Part shown: positions 9,440 to 17,796 of the stretch, one piece after another | Layout: every line of letters starts with the position of its first letter | Position numbering within the stretch: position 1 is the stretch's first letter | Assembly (NCBI GenBank): GCA_023245355.1 | Contig: JAHFKN010000001.1 | Span: 203,528-267,527, forward strand | Origin: Candidatus Gottesmanbacteria bacterium | GTDB lineage: Bacteria > Patescibacteriota > Microgenomatia > UBA10105 > UBA927 | Direction: 5' to 3' | DNA length: 64,000 nucleotides | The notes under the pieces: generated by a model | Database searches by the model: none | What the model saw: only the letters and a program-made list of their open reading frames with translations | What the model was told of the DNA's origin: nothing | Translations under genes and position numbers: made by a program

Positions 9440-10285
9440 ATGAACTACATAATTCGTCCAGCTACACGTAAGGAATTGTGTATCCCGATTGAGTGGGCGG
9501 CTAAAGAAGGTTGGAACCCAGGTCTTTTTGATGCTCGCGCTTTTTATTCTACGGATCCTCAAGGCTTTTTATTAGGATTGCTTGATGGAGAACCAATTGC
9601 TTCGATCTCGTCCGTTGCATATGATTCTAGTTTCGGTTTTCTTGGGTTTTATATTGTTAAACCCGAATATCGCGATAAAGGGTATGGCATTCAAATTTGG
9701 AATGCAGCAATAAAACATTTACCCACGCAAAACATTGGTCTAGATGGTGTACTAGCTCAACAGGAAAACTACAAAAAATCCGGTTTCAAATTAGCATATA
9801 GAAACATAAGATACGAAGGAATGGGTACTAGTGCTCATCAAGTGGATAATCCAAGTGTAATCCCCTTATCAAGCATTCAATTTGAACAGCTTTTTAAATA
9901 CGATAATCAAGTTTTTCCAACAAGCAGATCGGTATTTCTAAAAGAGTGGATCAAGCAATCGGAAAGCTTGGCAGTTGCTTACCAAAAAGATGGAAACCTA
10001 CTTGGATATGGGATGGTGAGAAAATGCCGAATCGGATATAAAGTGGGCCCTTTATTTGCTGACAATAAAGACATTGCAGATGTACTCTTTCAGAAAATGA
10101 GGTCTTTTGTTGGTCAAGATAAGCAAATATTTCTAGATACCCCAGGAGTAAATAAATCAGCAATTTTATTAGCTGAGAAGTATGGAATGAAACCAGTGTT
10201 TGAAACTGCCCGCATGTATACTAAAGACGTACCAAAAGTACAACTCAAAAAGGTTTTTGGAGTAACAACTTTTGAACTTGGATAA
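9440..10285 (+). CDS. GNAT N-acetyltransferase (YitH/HolE-like two-domain)
   Basis: WAAKEGWNPG, GFYIVKPEYRDKGYG, GLDGV, KVGPLFA, FETARMY, TTFELG. Confidence 0.88.
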   Translation: MNYIIRPATRKELCIPIEWAAKEGWNPGLFDARAFYSTDPQGFLLGLLDGEPIASISSVAYDSSFGFLGFYIVKPEYRDKGYGIQIWNAAIKHLPTQNIGLDGVLAQQENYKKSGFKLAYRNIRYEGMGTSAHQVDNPSVIPLSSIQFEQLFKYDNQVFPTSRSVFLKEWIKQSESLAVAYQKDGNLLGYGMVRKCRIGYKVGPLFADNKDIADVLFQKMRSFVGQDKQIFLDTPGVNKSAILLAEKYGMKPVFETARMYTKDVPKVQLKKVFGVTTFELG

Positions 10286-10305
10286 GCATCTTGAACACGT
10301 TAAAT

Positions 10306-10333
10306 TTGACAAAAGACGAATTTTTTGTATAAT
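10306..10333 (+). promoter_or_regulatory. Consensus sigma-70 promoter TTGACA-N16-TATAAT for the T-box/glyA/glyS operon
   Basis: Both hexamers match consensus exactly. Confidence 0.8.
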
Positions 10334-10341
10334 ATACTCAA

Positions 10342-10501
10342 TACTTAGCTGTGAAGGTCTTTGGCAAGCTGGAGCTGAGCATTCTAAAAGCGGTCTGAAC
10401 TTAAGCGATTATCGATAGTACAGACAATTAGGGTGGAACCACGGGTTAAAAGAAAACTCGTCCCTTTGTATAAGAAATTATATGAAGTGACGAGTTTTTT
10501 T
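10342..10501 (+). ncRNA. Glycine T-box riboswitch 1 (transcriptional, ultrashort Stem I)
   Basis: T-box AATTAGGGTGGAACCACG (10426-10443), antiterminator partner CTCGTCCCT, terminator ending GACGAGTTTTTTT, GGC specifier at 10363-10365. Confidence 0.85.
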
Positions 10502-10528
10502 GTTACTTCATATAACGACAAGTTAATA

Positions 10529-10667
10529 GTAGCGATGAAAGGCCTGGCAACCTGGAGCTACACCAACAGTTAAAGAGGGTAAGTTTACTGGAAATCATGA
10601 CTTACCAATTAGGGTGGAACCGCGACCATATATGGCCGTCCCTAAGCGAAAGCTTATGGAGGCATAT
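10529..10667 (+). ncRNA. Glycine T-box riboswitch 2 (probably translational, ultrashort Stem I)
   Basis: T-box AATTAGGGTGGAACCGCG (10607-10624), partner CGTCCCT, hairpin GCCGTCCCTAAGC-GAAA-GCTTATGGAGGC covering the SD, GGC specifier at 10546-10548. Confidence 0.85.
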
Positions 10668-11921
10668 ATGGATACACAACCATACTACAAAACAATAATT
10701 GAACAGATTGACAAGCATACTGCTTATAGGCAGGAATGCCTTAATCTGATCGCTTCAGAAAATGTCTGCAGTCCTGCTGTGGCCAAGATTCTATCTTCTG
10801 ATTTAACCAATCGTTACTCTGTTGGACGTCCTCGCGCGAGATGGTTCCCAGGATTACAGTACTACGACAAAGTTGAGGAAATTGCGGAAAAGCTTTCACA
10901 AAAACTATTCCATGTCCAGTATGCCAATGTTCAAGCCCCTACGGGAATGGTGGCTAATATGGCCGCTTATTTAGCGGTGCTTAAACCCAACGACCTGGTG
11001 TTAGCTCTGCGCGTTAAACACGGAGGACACTATAGTCATGTTGCCGAGAATATATTCAAAAGCTTCAACATCCGCGTTGAGGATCTTCCCTTTGATGAAC
11101 AGTCATATTCTGTAGACATTGAGAGAGCCATTGATCTCATTAGGGTTAAGAAACCACAAATGATTATTCTTGGAACTTCGGAGTTTTTATTCCCAGCACC
11201 CATTAGAGAATTAAGGCAGGTGTGCAACAAAACAAACACTAAAATTCTTTATGATGCCTCACATGTCTCAGGACTCGTGGCTGGACAAACTTTCCAAAAT
11301 CCAATGGCAGAAGGAGCAGATATTCTCACAATGAGCACCAATAAGACATTGGCTGCCCCAAGTCATGGACTTGTGGCCTGCAACGACACAGTCAAGTATC
11401 AGGCTGACTTTGAACATGCAATTACCCCTCTCCTAACGTCAAATCACCATGCGCACCATGTCGCTGCTTTGGCCATGACCTTGGCAGAGTTTGATGTTTT
11501 CGGACACGAATACGCTGCTCAAATTATTATGAATGCAAAAACTTTGGCACGAGCCCTTTATAACCAAGGGGTAAAGGTTTTATGCCCTGAAAAGGATTTT
11601 ACCGAGAGTCACACTGTTTTGATTGATACTGTGACCTCATCAAAAGAAGCAGTGCAGAAGTTGGCTGAGGCAAACATTATGACAAATTCGTTTCAACTTC
11701 CCTGGAATGAAGATGGGTTTGAAAGTGGAATCCGAATAGGAACAAACGAAATAACCAGACTTGGAATGAAAGAGTCAGAGATGAATGTTGTTGCCGATTT
11801 AATAGCAGCTGTTTTATTGAAAAAACAATCGATCGCTGAGATTAAACGGAAAGCACAAAATCTTAGATTGTCTTATCAGACAGTTAATTATTGTTTTAAT
11901 CCAGCTCAATTAAGTAGCTGA
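10668..11921 (+). CDS. glyA: Serine hydroxymethyltransferase-like PLP enzyme (divergent)
   Basis: LNLIASEN, GGHYSH, YDASH, STNKT (PLP Lys), GIRIGT. True start is the ATG at 10668 after GGAGG. Confidence 0.8.
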   Translation: MDTQPYYKTIIEQIDKHTAYRQECLNLIASENVCSPAVAKILSSDLTNRYSVGRPRARWFPGLQYYDKVEEIAEKLSQKLFHVQYANVQAPTGMVANMAAYLAVLKPNDLVLALRVKHGGHYSHVAENIFKSFNIRVEDLPFDEQSYSVDIERAIDLIRVKKPQMIILGTSEFLFPAPIRELRQVCNKTNTKILYDASHVSGLVAGQTFQNPMAEGADILTMSTNKTLAAPSHGLVACNDTVKYQADFEHAITPLLTSNHHAHHVAALAMTLAEFDVFGHEYAAQIIMNAKTLARALYNQGVKVLCPEKDFTESHTVLIDTVTSSKEAVQKLAEANIMTNSFQLPWNEDGFESGIRIGTNEITRLGMKESEMNVVADLIAAVLLKKQSIAEIKRKAQNLRLSYQTVNYCFNPAQLSS

Positions 11922-11935
11922 AGGAGGTAAATTAT

Positions 11936-12478
11936 ATGGCAAAACCAGAACAGTCAGAATCAATGCAAGAATTCGAACAACGCTGTATTGAGACAGTGAA
12001 GCGAATGCGTGCTCAGGCTCACAAGGTGTTAGATAGGGCTGGAACAGTTCATAAAGCTCAACCGCTCAAGAAGTGGGAAAAGATTGTTTATCCCCTTCTG
12101 GGAATGAAGCCCGAAGGTTATATGGAGTTTGATTCGGCCAACGATCCACGATTAGCGATCGTCACAAGGGCGGCTGCTGGAGGACTGGTAACCCCAAGAG
12201 TTAGAGTTCTGGCACCATCTGAAAGAAACGAAATGTCAGCTATGGAAGTTCGACTGTCCGGCAAACAGCCAGAGACTGGAAGAAATGTCGACATCATGAG
12301 TGTTGACCTCCCAGAGGGATCAAATAGTGCAGTACAAACAAAAGTAATTTTGTGGACCGCACCCTTACCAGGGAGGATTCCATTTTATGAAGTCATGGAT
12401 TCAAACTTTGCCGAAGTAGTAGACTTAACAATAAGAACTCTGGAACACATTAATAAATGTTTATCTGAAAGGAAATAA
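11936..12478 (+). CDS. Hypothetical protein in the glyA-glyS operon
   Basis: AAGGAGGT SD, tight packing, no recognisable motif. Confidence 0.7.
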   Translation: MAKPEQSESMQEFEQRCIETVKRMRAQAHKVLDRAGTVHKAQPLKKWEKIVYPLLGMKPEGYMEFDSANDPRLAIVTRAAAGGLVTPRVRVLAPSERNEMSAMEVRLSGKQPETGRNVDIMSVDLPEGSNSAVQTKVILWTAPLPGRIPFYEVMDSNFAEVVDLTIRTLEHINKCLSERK

Positions 12479-12480
12479 AT

Positions 12481-13860
12481 ATGGACACAACAATGCAAAA
12501 AATCGTCAGTTTATGTAAAAGAAAAGGGTTTGTTTATCCAAACTCTGAAATTTACGGAGGAATTCAGGGGTTCTATGATTACGGACCACTAGGAGCCGAA
12601 CTACAAAATAACATCAAGCGGGTTTGGTGGAAATGGATGACCCAACTCCATGATGATGTCTATCCAATTAACGGAGCAATCATCACCCATCCGAAGGTTT
12701 GGGAAGCATCAGGACACGTTCAGAACTTCACCGATCCGTTAGTCGACTGCAAAAAATGTCATAAACGTTTCCGAGCCGATCACTTGGTTGAGGAATTCCT
12801 CACAGAGGATGCTGGAACTGCTAGTCAAAATCGCTTGGATCAGATAGCAGCAGAACTTAAATCAAGACACATTGTTTGCCCTGAGTGTGGAGGAGAGTTT
12901 ACCGAGGTCCGCAAATTCAATCTTATGGTTGAAACTTCCCTTGGGGTTGTTGAAGGCGAAAAGATGACGGCTTATCTCAAGGGGGAGGCATGCCAAACGA
13001 TCTACCTGGATTACCAGAATGTGCTTAATTCGACTAATGCCAAAATTCCTTTTGGGATATGTCAAATCGGGAAGGCTTTCAGAAATGAAATCACCCCAGG
13101 ACATTTTTTATTTCGTCAGCGTGAGTTTGAACAGTGGGATCTCCAATGGTTTACCAATCCCAAAGAAATGGATAAATGGTATGAGTACTGGAAAGCAGAA
13201 AGAATGATGTGGTATCAAAGCCTAGTGAATCATAAAGATCGTCTGCGCTTTAGACAACACGATCAAAACGAACTTGCTCATTACGCGAAAAAGGCATTCG
13301 ATATCGAGTATGAGACTCCATTTGGATGGAAAGAATGGGAAGGAATCCACTGGCGTGGAGACTGGGATTTGTCCCGTCATGGGCAATACAGTGGGAATGA
13401 TTTTACCTATACTGATCAAAAAACAGGTGATAAATTTATTCCTTGGATTGTCGAAACATCAGGAGGAGTTGATCGCACTTTCCTTTTCCTGCTCATTGAT
13501 GCTTACGATGAAGAGGTCGTAGATGGGAAAACGAGAGTGGTTCTACATTTACGACCAGACCTAGCTCCGTACAAAGTAGCGGTCTTCCCGTTGGTATCCA
13601 ACAAAGAAGATATTGTCGAAAAGGCAAAGTCAATCTACAGAGCATTAAAACCTAGCATTGCAACCATTTGGGACGATATCGGGAATGTTGGAAAGAGATA
13701 TCGAAGACAAGATGAAGTTGGTACTCCGTGGTGTGTCACGGTTGATTACCAAACACTTCAGGACGATACGATAACAGTTCGAGATCGAGACACTATGAAA
13801 CAAGAAAGAGTGAAGGTATTAGATCTGGAATACTTTTTTGCCGAGAAGTTGAAAATTTAA
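12481..13860 (+). CDS. glyQS: Glycine--tRNA ligase, homodimeric alpha2 type
   Basis: SEIYGG...DYGPLG, VWEASGH, IGKAFRNEITP, FRQREFEQ, ELAHY, IGNVGKRYRRQDEVGTP. Confidence 0.96.
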   Translation: MDTTMQKIVSLCKRKGFVYPNSEIYGGIQGFYDYGPLGAELQNNIKRVWWKWMTQLHDDVYPINGAIITHPKVWEASGHVQNFTDPLVDCKKCHKRFRADHLVEEFLTEDAGTASQNRLDQIAAELKSRHIVCPECGGEFTEVRKFNLMVETSLGVVEGEKMTAYLKGEACQTIYLDYQNVLNSTNAKIPFGICQIGKAFRNEITPGHFLFRQREFEQWDLQWFTNPKEMDKWYEYWKAERMMWYQSLVNHKDRLRFRQHDQNELAHYAKKAFDIEYETPFGWKEWEGIHWRGDWDLSRHGQYSGNDFTYTDQKTGDKFIPWIVETSGGVDRTFLFLLIDAYDEEVVDGKTRVVLHLRPDLAPYKVAVFPLVSNKEDIVEKAKSIYRALKPSIATIWDDIGNVGKRYRRQDEVGTPWCVTVDYQTLQDDTITVRDRDTMKQERVKVLDLEYFFAEKLKI

Positions 13861-13867
13861 AACAGGA

Positions 13868-14254
13868 TTACTCATCGTACTGGCTTAGAAGTGCTTCCAA
13901 GATGGGGTGGATTTGTCTGTCGACCATCAACCTCCCCTTTTCGGTATCCTTAATGACACCCGTTTCTTTTGCTATCTGCAGAAGTCGTGAGATTTCCTCA
14001 TCTCTCAGTGGTTTACCTTCGTCATCAACTCCAACAACCGCTTTATACGCAGCTTCATCAAATGTTGCTGGTTCAGGTGCAAATGGGGCTAGATAGAGAA
14101 TGCCTGTTAGAACTCTCTCTCTGCCTGCATTTCCAAATAGTTGTCTATCTTTTTCTGTGAGCAATGAATCTGCAATCAATTCAAATTGAGCCCTAGTAGT
14201 ATCAGGTTTTAAAAGTTGTCCAAGTTTTGGTAATGGTTGTTCGGCTTTTTCCAT
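13868..14254 (-). CDS. Hypothetical protein
   Basis: 128-aa ORF filling the gap, convergent on glyQS, AT-rich upstream region. Confidence 0.6.
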   Translation of the reverse strand: MEKAEQPLPKLGQLLKPDTTRAQFELIADSLLTEKDRQLFGNAGRERVLTGILYLAPFAPEPATFDEAAYKAVVGVDDEGKPLRDEEISRLLQIAKETGVIKDTEKGRLMVDRQIHPILEALLSQYDE

Positions 14255-14337
14255 ATAAATAATCCTTAAAAGATATAAAGATTATAACATTATATGGCCT
14301 GAAGTTCAAAAAATAACACAAAAAGACATAAACATTA

Positions 14338-14367
14338 TTGAAGTCTCCATTACCCCTTGATTACTAT
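14338..14367 (+). promoter_or_regulatory. Putative phage promoter 2, TTGAAG-N18-TACTAT
   Basis: Mirrors promoter 1; lies 13 nt upstream of leader copy 2. Confidence 0.55.
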
Positions 14368-14380
14368 TAAACCATTAAGA

Positions 14381-14461
14381 AGTTAGCCTAACGAAACTAT
14401 CGGGGCTGTGGCTTCTGAATATACGCAAGATGCGTGTGTTTAGAAGTTACAGCCTTTTTTT
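14381..14461 (+). ncRNA. Phage leader RNA copy 2: bulged hairpin overlapping a long intrinsic terminator
   Basis: AGTTAGCCTAACGAAACTATCGGGGCT, then stem GGCTGTGGCTTCTGAATATACGC / GCGTGTGTTTAGAAGTTACAGCC followed by T7. Confidence 0.75.
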
Positions 14462-14472
14462 AAAGGAAAAAT

Positions 14473-14775
14473 ATGAATAACGATACAACTAATCCTCAAA
14501 ACGACAATATGGTTAACCAAGATACCCAGTCTGTTGGCTTTAAAAAAGGTACCGAACCAAATAAAGACGAAGCCTGGAAAAAAGTAGAGGCGGTATTTAA
14601 CGCTGCAAAGAACGCCTTCATTGATAAAAATTCACCGTTTGCTGACGTCCTCGATAGTTTAATTGCTACCTTGATGGATATTCGGGCAGCTGAAAAACAA
14701 GGGTTAAGCGGTATGGGAACTGATAACCCACAAATGGATATCCCTGCCCCAACTGATAATGGGCAAAATTTATAA
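14473..14775 (+). CDS. Phage hypothetical protein
   Basis: AAGGA SD; first gene after leader 2. Confidence 0.65.
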   Translation: MNNDTTNPQNDNMVNQDTQSVGFKKGTEPNKDEAWKKVEAVFNAAKNAFIDKNSPFADVLDSLIATLMDIRAAEKQGLSGMGTDNPQMDIPAPTDNGQNL

Positions 14776-14781
14776 ACAAAT

Positions 14782-15036
14782 ATGGCACAAACTGACGAAC
14801 AAAAATTAGAACGCGGCCGAGATATCTGGGAAATGACCCAGACAAAAGGCTGGCAGATTTTAAGTGACTCAATTGCTGAAGAAATCCAGTTGGAAACAGC
14901 TGAGCTTTTAGATTGCCCTGTTAAGGACGACCTAGAACACAAACAATTAATAAAAGCTTACAAAAAAGTTTTACGCATGGTTGAAGGAGCGATCGCCGAT
15001 CGAGACGAAGCTGCTCAAAACCTGCGGGGAGTATAA
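14782..15036 (+). CDS. Small phage protein of the portal-scaffold interval
   Basis: MTQTKGWQIL helical motif and typical position. Confidence 0.65.
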   Translation: MAQTDEQKLERGRDIWEMTQTKGWQILSDSIAEEIQLETAELLDCPVKDDLEHKQLIKAYKKVLRMVEGAIADRDEAAQNLRGV

Positions 15037-15041
15037 AAAAT

Positions 15042-15860
15042 ATGGAAGACGACAAACAAAAAGAACAAGACGAATTAAAATCTTTACTCAATAACCCCGA
15101 CGAGGGTGATGAGGGAGATAAAGGTAAAGACAACTCCGACAAGCAAGATGATCCACCGGCTGATGATAACCAAGACGATACTGGAAACGATAACGGCCAA
15201 GACAATGGTGCTGGTGATGATGATAAAAATAAGGACGAAAAAGATAAAGGAAAAGACGATCGTTGGAATGGTAAGAGCCGGGAAGATGTCATCAAGGAAG
15301 TTCAATCATTGGAAACGAGAATTGCTAGTCTCGAGGGCAAGAAAAAAGAAGATAAAGATAATAAGCCAAATCCGGATGAGAAAAAGGAAACGGTAAATCT
15401 CCCCTCTGCAGAAGAACTCCAAAAAATGACTCCGAGTGATTTTGCTAAGTGGGTCCTAGCCCGAATTGATGAAGGCGTCAAAACCACTCTATCCAGTCAA
15501 GAAAAAGTAAGAAGTGCAGTCCGTCAAGAAATTGCCGAAGCCAAAAAGGATCACCCACTGGACGATCCTGACTACCGAAAAATGGTCTTAACCATTATCG
15601 ATGCTGCCAGTGCCAAAGGAACAACTGTGTCCTTAAAAGAAGCCTGTGAGCAGGTCGATGCCTTTATCGGCAAACACAAAGGGAAATCTGAAGATATATC
15701 AGATGATGAGCGCAATCGCCTTAAAAAAGCGAAGGCTCAGGTTGAGAGTGGAGCGGGCGCTCCGACTCAACCCGATAGCTCGGATGCCGAAACACAACGC
15801 ATCCAGAAAGCTCTCGGTGGAAGCGGGTCAAAAAGCCCCTTGGGAGGGTTAGGAATCTAA
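15042..15860 (+). CDS. Capsid scaffolding protein
   Basis: Acidic low-complexity N-terminus and coiled coil, immediately before the capsid gene. Confidence 0.7.
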   Translation: MEDDKQKEQDELKSLLNNPDEGDEGDKGKDNSDKQDDPPADDNQDDTGNDNGQDNGAGDDDKNKDEKDKGKDDRWNGKSREDVIKEVQSLETRIASLEGKKKEDKDNKPNPDEKKETVNLPSAEELQKMTPSDFAKWVLARIDEGVKTTLSSQEKVRSAVRQEIAEAKKDHPLDDPDYRKMVLTIIDAASAKGTTVSLKEACEQVDAFIGKHKGKSEDISDDERNRLKKAKAQVESGAGAPTQPDSSDAETQRIQKALGGSGSKSPLGGLGI

Positions 15861-15902
15861 CCTCCTGTTATTAGTTAAAAAGAAGGGAGGTGAAAAAATA
15901 TT

Positions 15903-17069
15903 ATGCCATCAGCAACAGGAATAAAAGGAACAGGAAATTTAGGAGTCTTACGTAAGTACGACGTCGCCGACGTGGTCTCGCTACTCGACGTTAATCGTTA
16001 TCCTCTTTTGGCCATCTTGACCAATGCAGGAAAAGATCCAGCAAGTGGTGAAGGTAAAGCCTTGAAAAAGAGTGAAGCGGTAGACCCGGAGTTTAAGTGG
16101 TATGAAGATGACTTTGGTCGTCGCCAATTAACCGGTTCAGCAACTGTCGATCCCGATGGAGGGAACTTGACTGTCACCGGTCAATCACAGTACTTACAAG
16201 TTGGAGATGTAATTTTGGCTGCTGCCCAGAAATGGGTCTTCCAAGTTACTGCTATTGTCGATGCCAACACCGTCACGGTTGGTCCCGAATTAGGAGGGGC
16301 AACCGGCGCAGCTGCTTCGGCAGTTGGAGATGTCTGGCTTATCGGAAACGCTAATGAAGAGGGTGCAGGATTAAGAGATATAAAGTCAACGATCATCCAA
16401 GAAATATCGAACTACTGCCAAATCTTCAGAACGCCAGTCGGTATTACTGAAACATCCAAAAACACTAAGGGATTAACCAAGGAAAACGACTTTGATTTTC
16501 AAAGGCGAAAGAAAGGTATCGAGCACTATGTCGATATCGAAAGATCGTTCTTATTTGGCAAGAAAGGCATCATCACTACAGGGACTCATCCAAAACGATT
16601 CACTGCTGGTATCTTGTCTAGGATTGCAACCTACGCTACAGCGAGTGTTGATACAGAATCAGAATTTGATGCTTGGTTGGAGAGCTTATTTGCACACGGA
16701 AATACAGAAAAATATTTGCTTGCATCTGCGGCCGTGGTTTCCATGGTCAACGGTTGGGCAAAGGGAAAGCTACAGATCGTAAGTCCAACAAAGGCTTATG
16801 GACTGCGAATCGTAACCTACGATTCTCCACACGGAACGCTACACATGATCAAACATCCATTATTAACTGGAACGACATACGGAAATTATGCTGTCGGTTT
16901 GGACATGGAATGTTTGACCTACCGCTACTTGAGCAATCGAGATACCAAGCTTTTGACTAACCGTCAGGCCAATGGTGAAGATAGTCAAGTCGATGAATAT
17001 CTGACCGAATGCGGTCTGCAAATGGAGCAAGAGTCACGCCATGCCATTATGAGCATCGGTGCGCTCTAA
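15903..17069 (+). CDS. Major capsid protein (SU10/DUF5309-like)
   Basis: FKWYEDD, IGNANEEG, NYCQIFRTPV, IERSFLFG, YDSPHGTL, YLTECGLQ; strong SD. Confidence 0.88.
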   Translation: MPSATGIKGTGNLGVLRKYDVADVVSLLDVNRYPLLAILTNAGKDPASGEGKALKKSEAVDPEFKWYEDDFGRRQLTGSATVDPDGGNLTVTGQSQYLQVGDVILAAAQKWVFQVTAIVDANTVTVGPELGGATGAAASAVGDVWLIGNANEEGAGLRDIKSTIIQEISNYCQIFRTPVGITETSKNTKGLTKENDFDFQRRKKGIEHYVDIERSFLFGKKGIITTGTHPKRFTAGILSRIATYATASVDTESEFDAWLESLFAHGNTEKYLLASAAVVSMVNGWAKGKLQIVSPTKAYGLRIVTYDSPHGTLHMIKHPLLTGTTYGNYAVGLDMECLTYRYLSNRDTKLLTNRQANGEDSQVDEYLTECGLQMEQESRHAIMSIGAL

Positions 17070-17211
17070 ACCATACGAATAGAAAACCTATGATGTTAAA
17101 CGCAAAAAATTGGAAGTCGCTACACGCTTTCTTACTCAGTGTAGCCGTTTAAGCCAAGGGTGAGCGTTATCACCCTTGCAAACTTTATTAAAGATAGGAG
17201 GTGAAAAAACA

Positions 17212-17784
17212 ATGACAGAAACAGTTGAAAAAACATTAGAAGAAATGTCCATGACCGAACTTTGGGGTGAAGCCAAACGTCTCGGTGTTTCTAAAGACGG
17301 TAAAAAAGATGAGTTAATTGCTCGGCTCCGCGAAGCCCAAGAAAATGGCGAGACGACGAAACCTGCAGAAACTCTCAAAGAGGTGGTGTATATCGCCAAA
17401 TACCATGAACTGAAGTTAGTGATGAACCCCTCTTATATCAAAGAGGTGGCTGGTCGCGTTATCACTGTAGCCGGTCGTTCAATTCAATTCCATGAGGGAA
17501 TCTATCGAACCAGTGATCCGGAAGAAATCGAATTTTTAGATAACCACAAGAACTTTGGCAACGTCTATCGCAAGGTAGATCGTAACGATCTGAAGTCAGG
17601 TAAACCAATGGAGCAAGTTTATAAAGAGAAATTCCAGACTTTGGAAGATCGCGAAAAGGCAATCACTGCTCGTGAGGAAGCTCTCAAGAAAAAGGAGATG
17701 TCGCTTAAAGGTTTTGAGGAAGGCGCTCCTAAACAACCGGCAGTAACTGGGGTTCGAAGTTCGGCAGACCAACCGAAGTTTTAA
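17212..17784 (+). CDS. Phage protein with N-terminal SAP/HeH domain
   Basis: LEEMSMTELWGEAKRLGVSKDGKKDELIARL. Confidence 0.7.
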   Translation: MTETVEKTLEEMSMTELWGEAKRLGVSKDGKKDELIARLREAQENGETTKPAETLKEVVYIAKYHELKLVMNPSYIKEVAGRVITVAGRSIQFHEGIYRTSDPEEIEFLDNHKNFGNVYRKVDRNDLKSGKPMEQVYKEKFQTLEDREKAITAREEALKKKEMSLKGFEEGAPKQPAVTGVRSSADQPKF

Positions 17785-17796
17785 AAGGTAATAAAT

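Noticed and set aside
10614-10667. ORF-track N-terminal extensions of glyA (also portal 7104 and ileS 55812)
   Set aside because: These extensions lie inside riboswitch or terminator structures; downstream ATGs are the likely starts.
10668-13860. Phage GlyRS as a sign of UGA-to-Gly recoding (code 25)
   Set aside because: Phage and host genes are full length under code 11. TGA is used as a normal stop (methylase, sigma, glyA-like), and no suppressor tRNA is seen.
7051-14407. The two 27-nt repeats as att sites or CRISPR repeats
   Set aside because: There are only two copies, they flank the portal gene as well as cargo, and each follows a promoter and overlaps a terminator. A regulatory RNA fits better.
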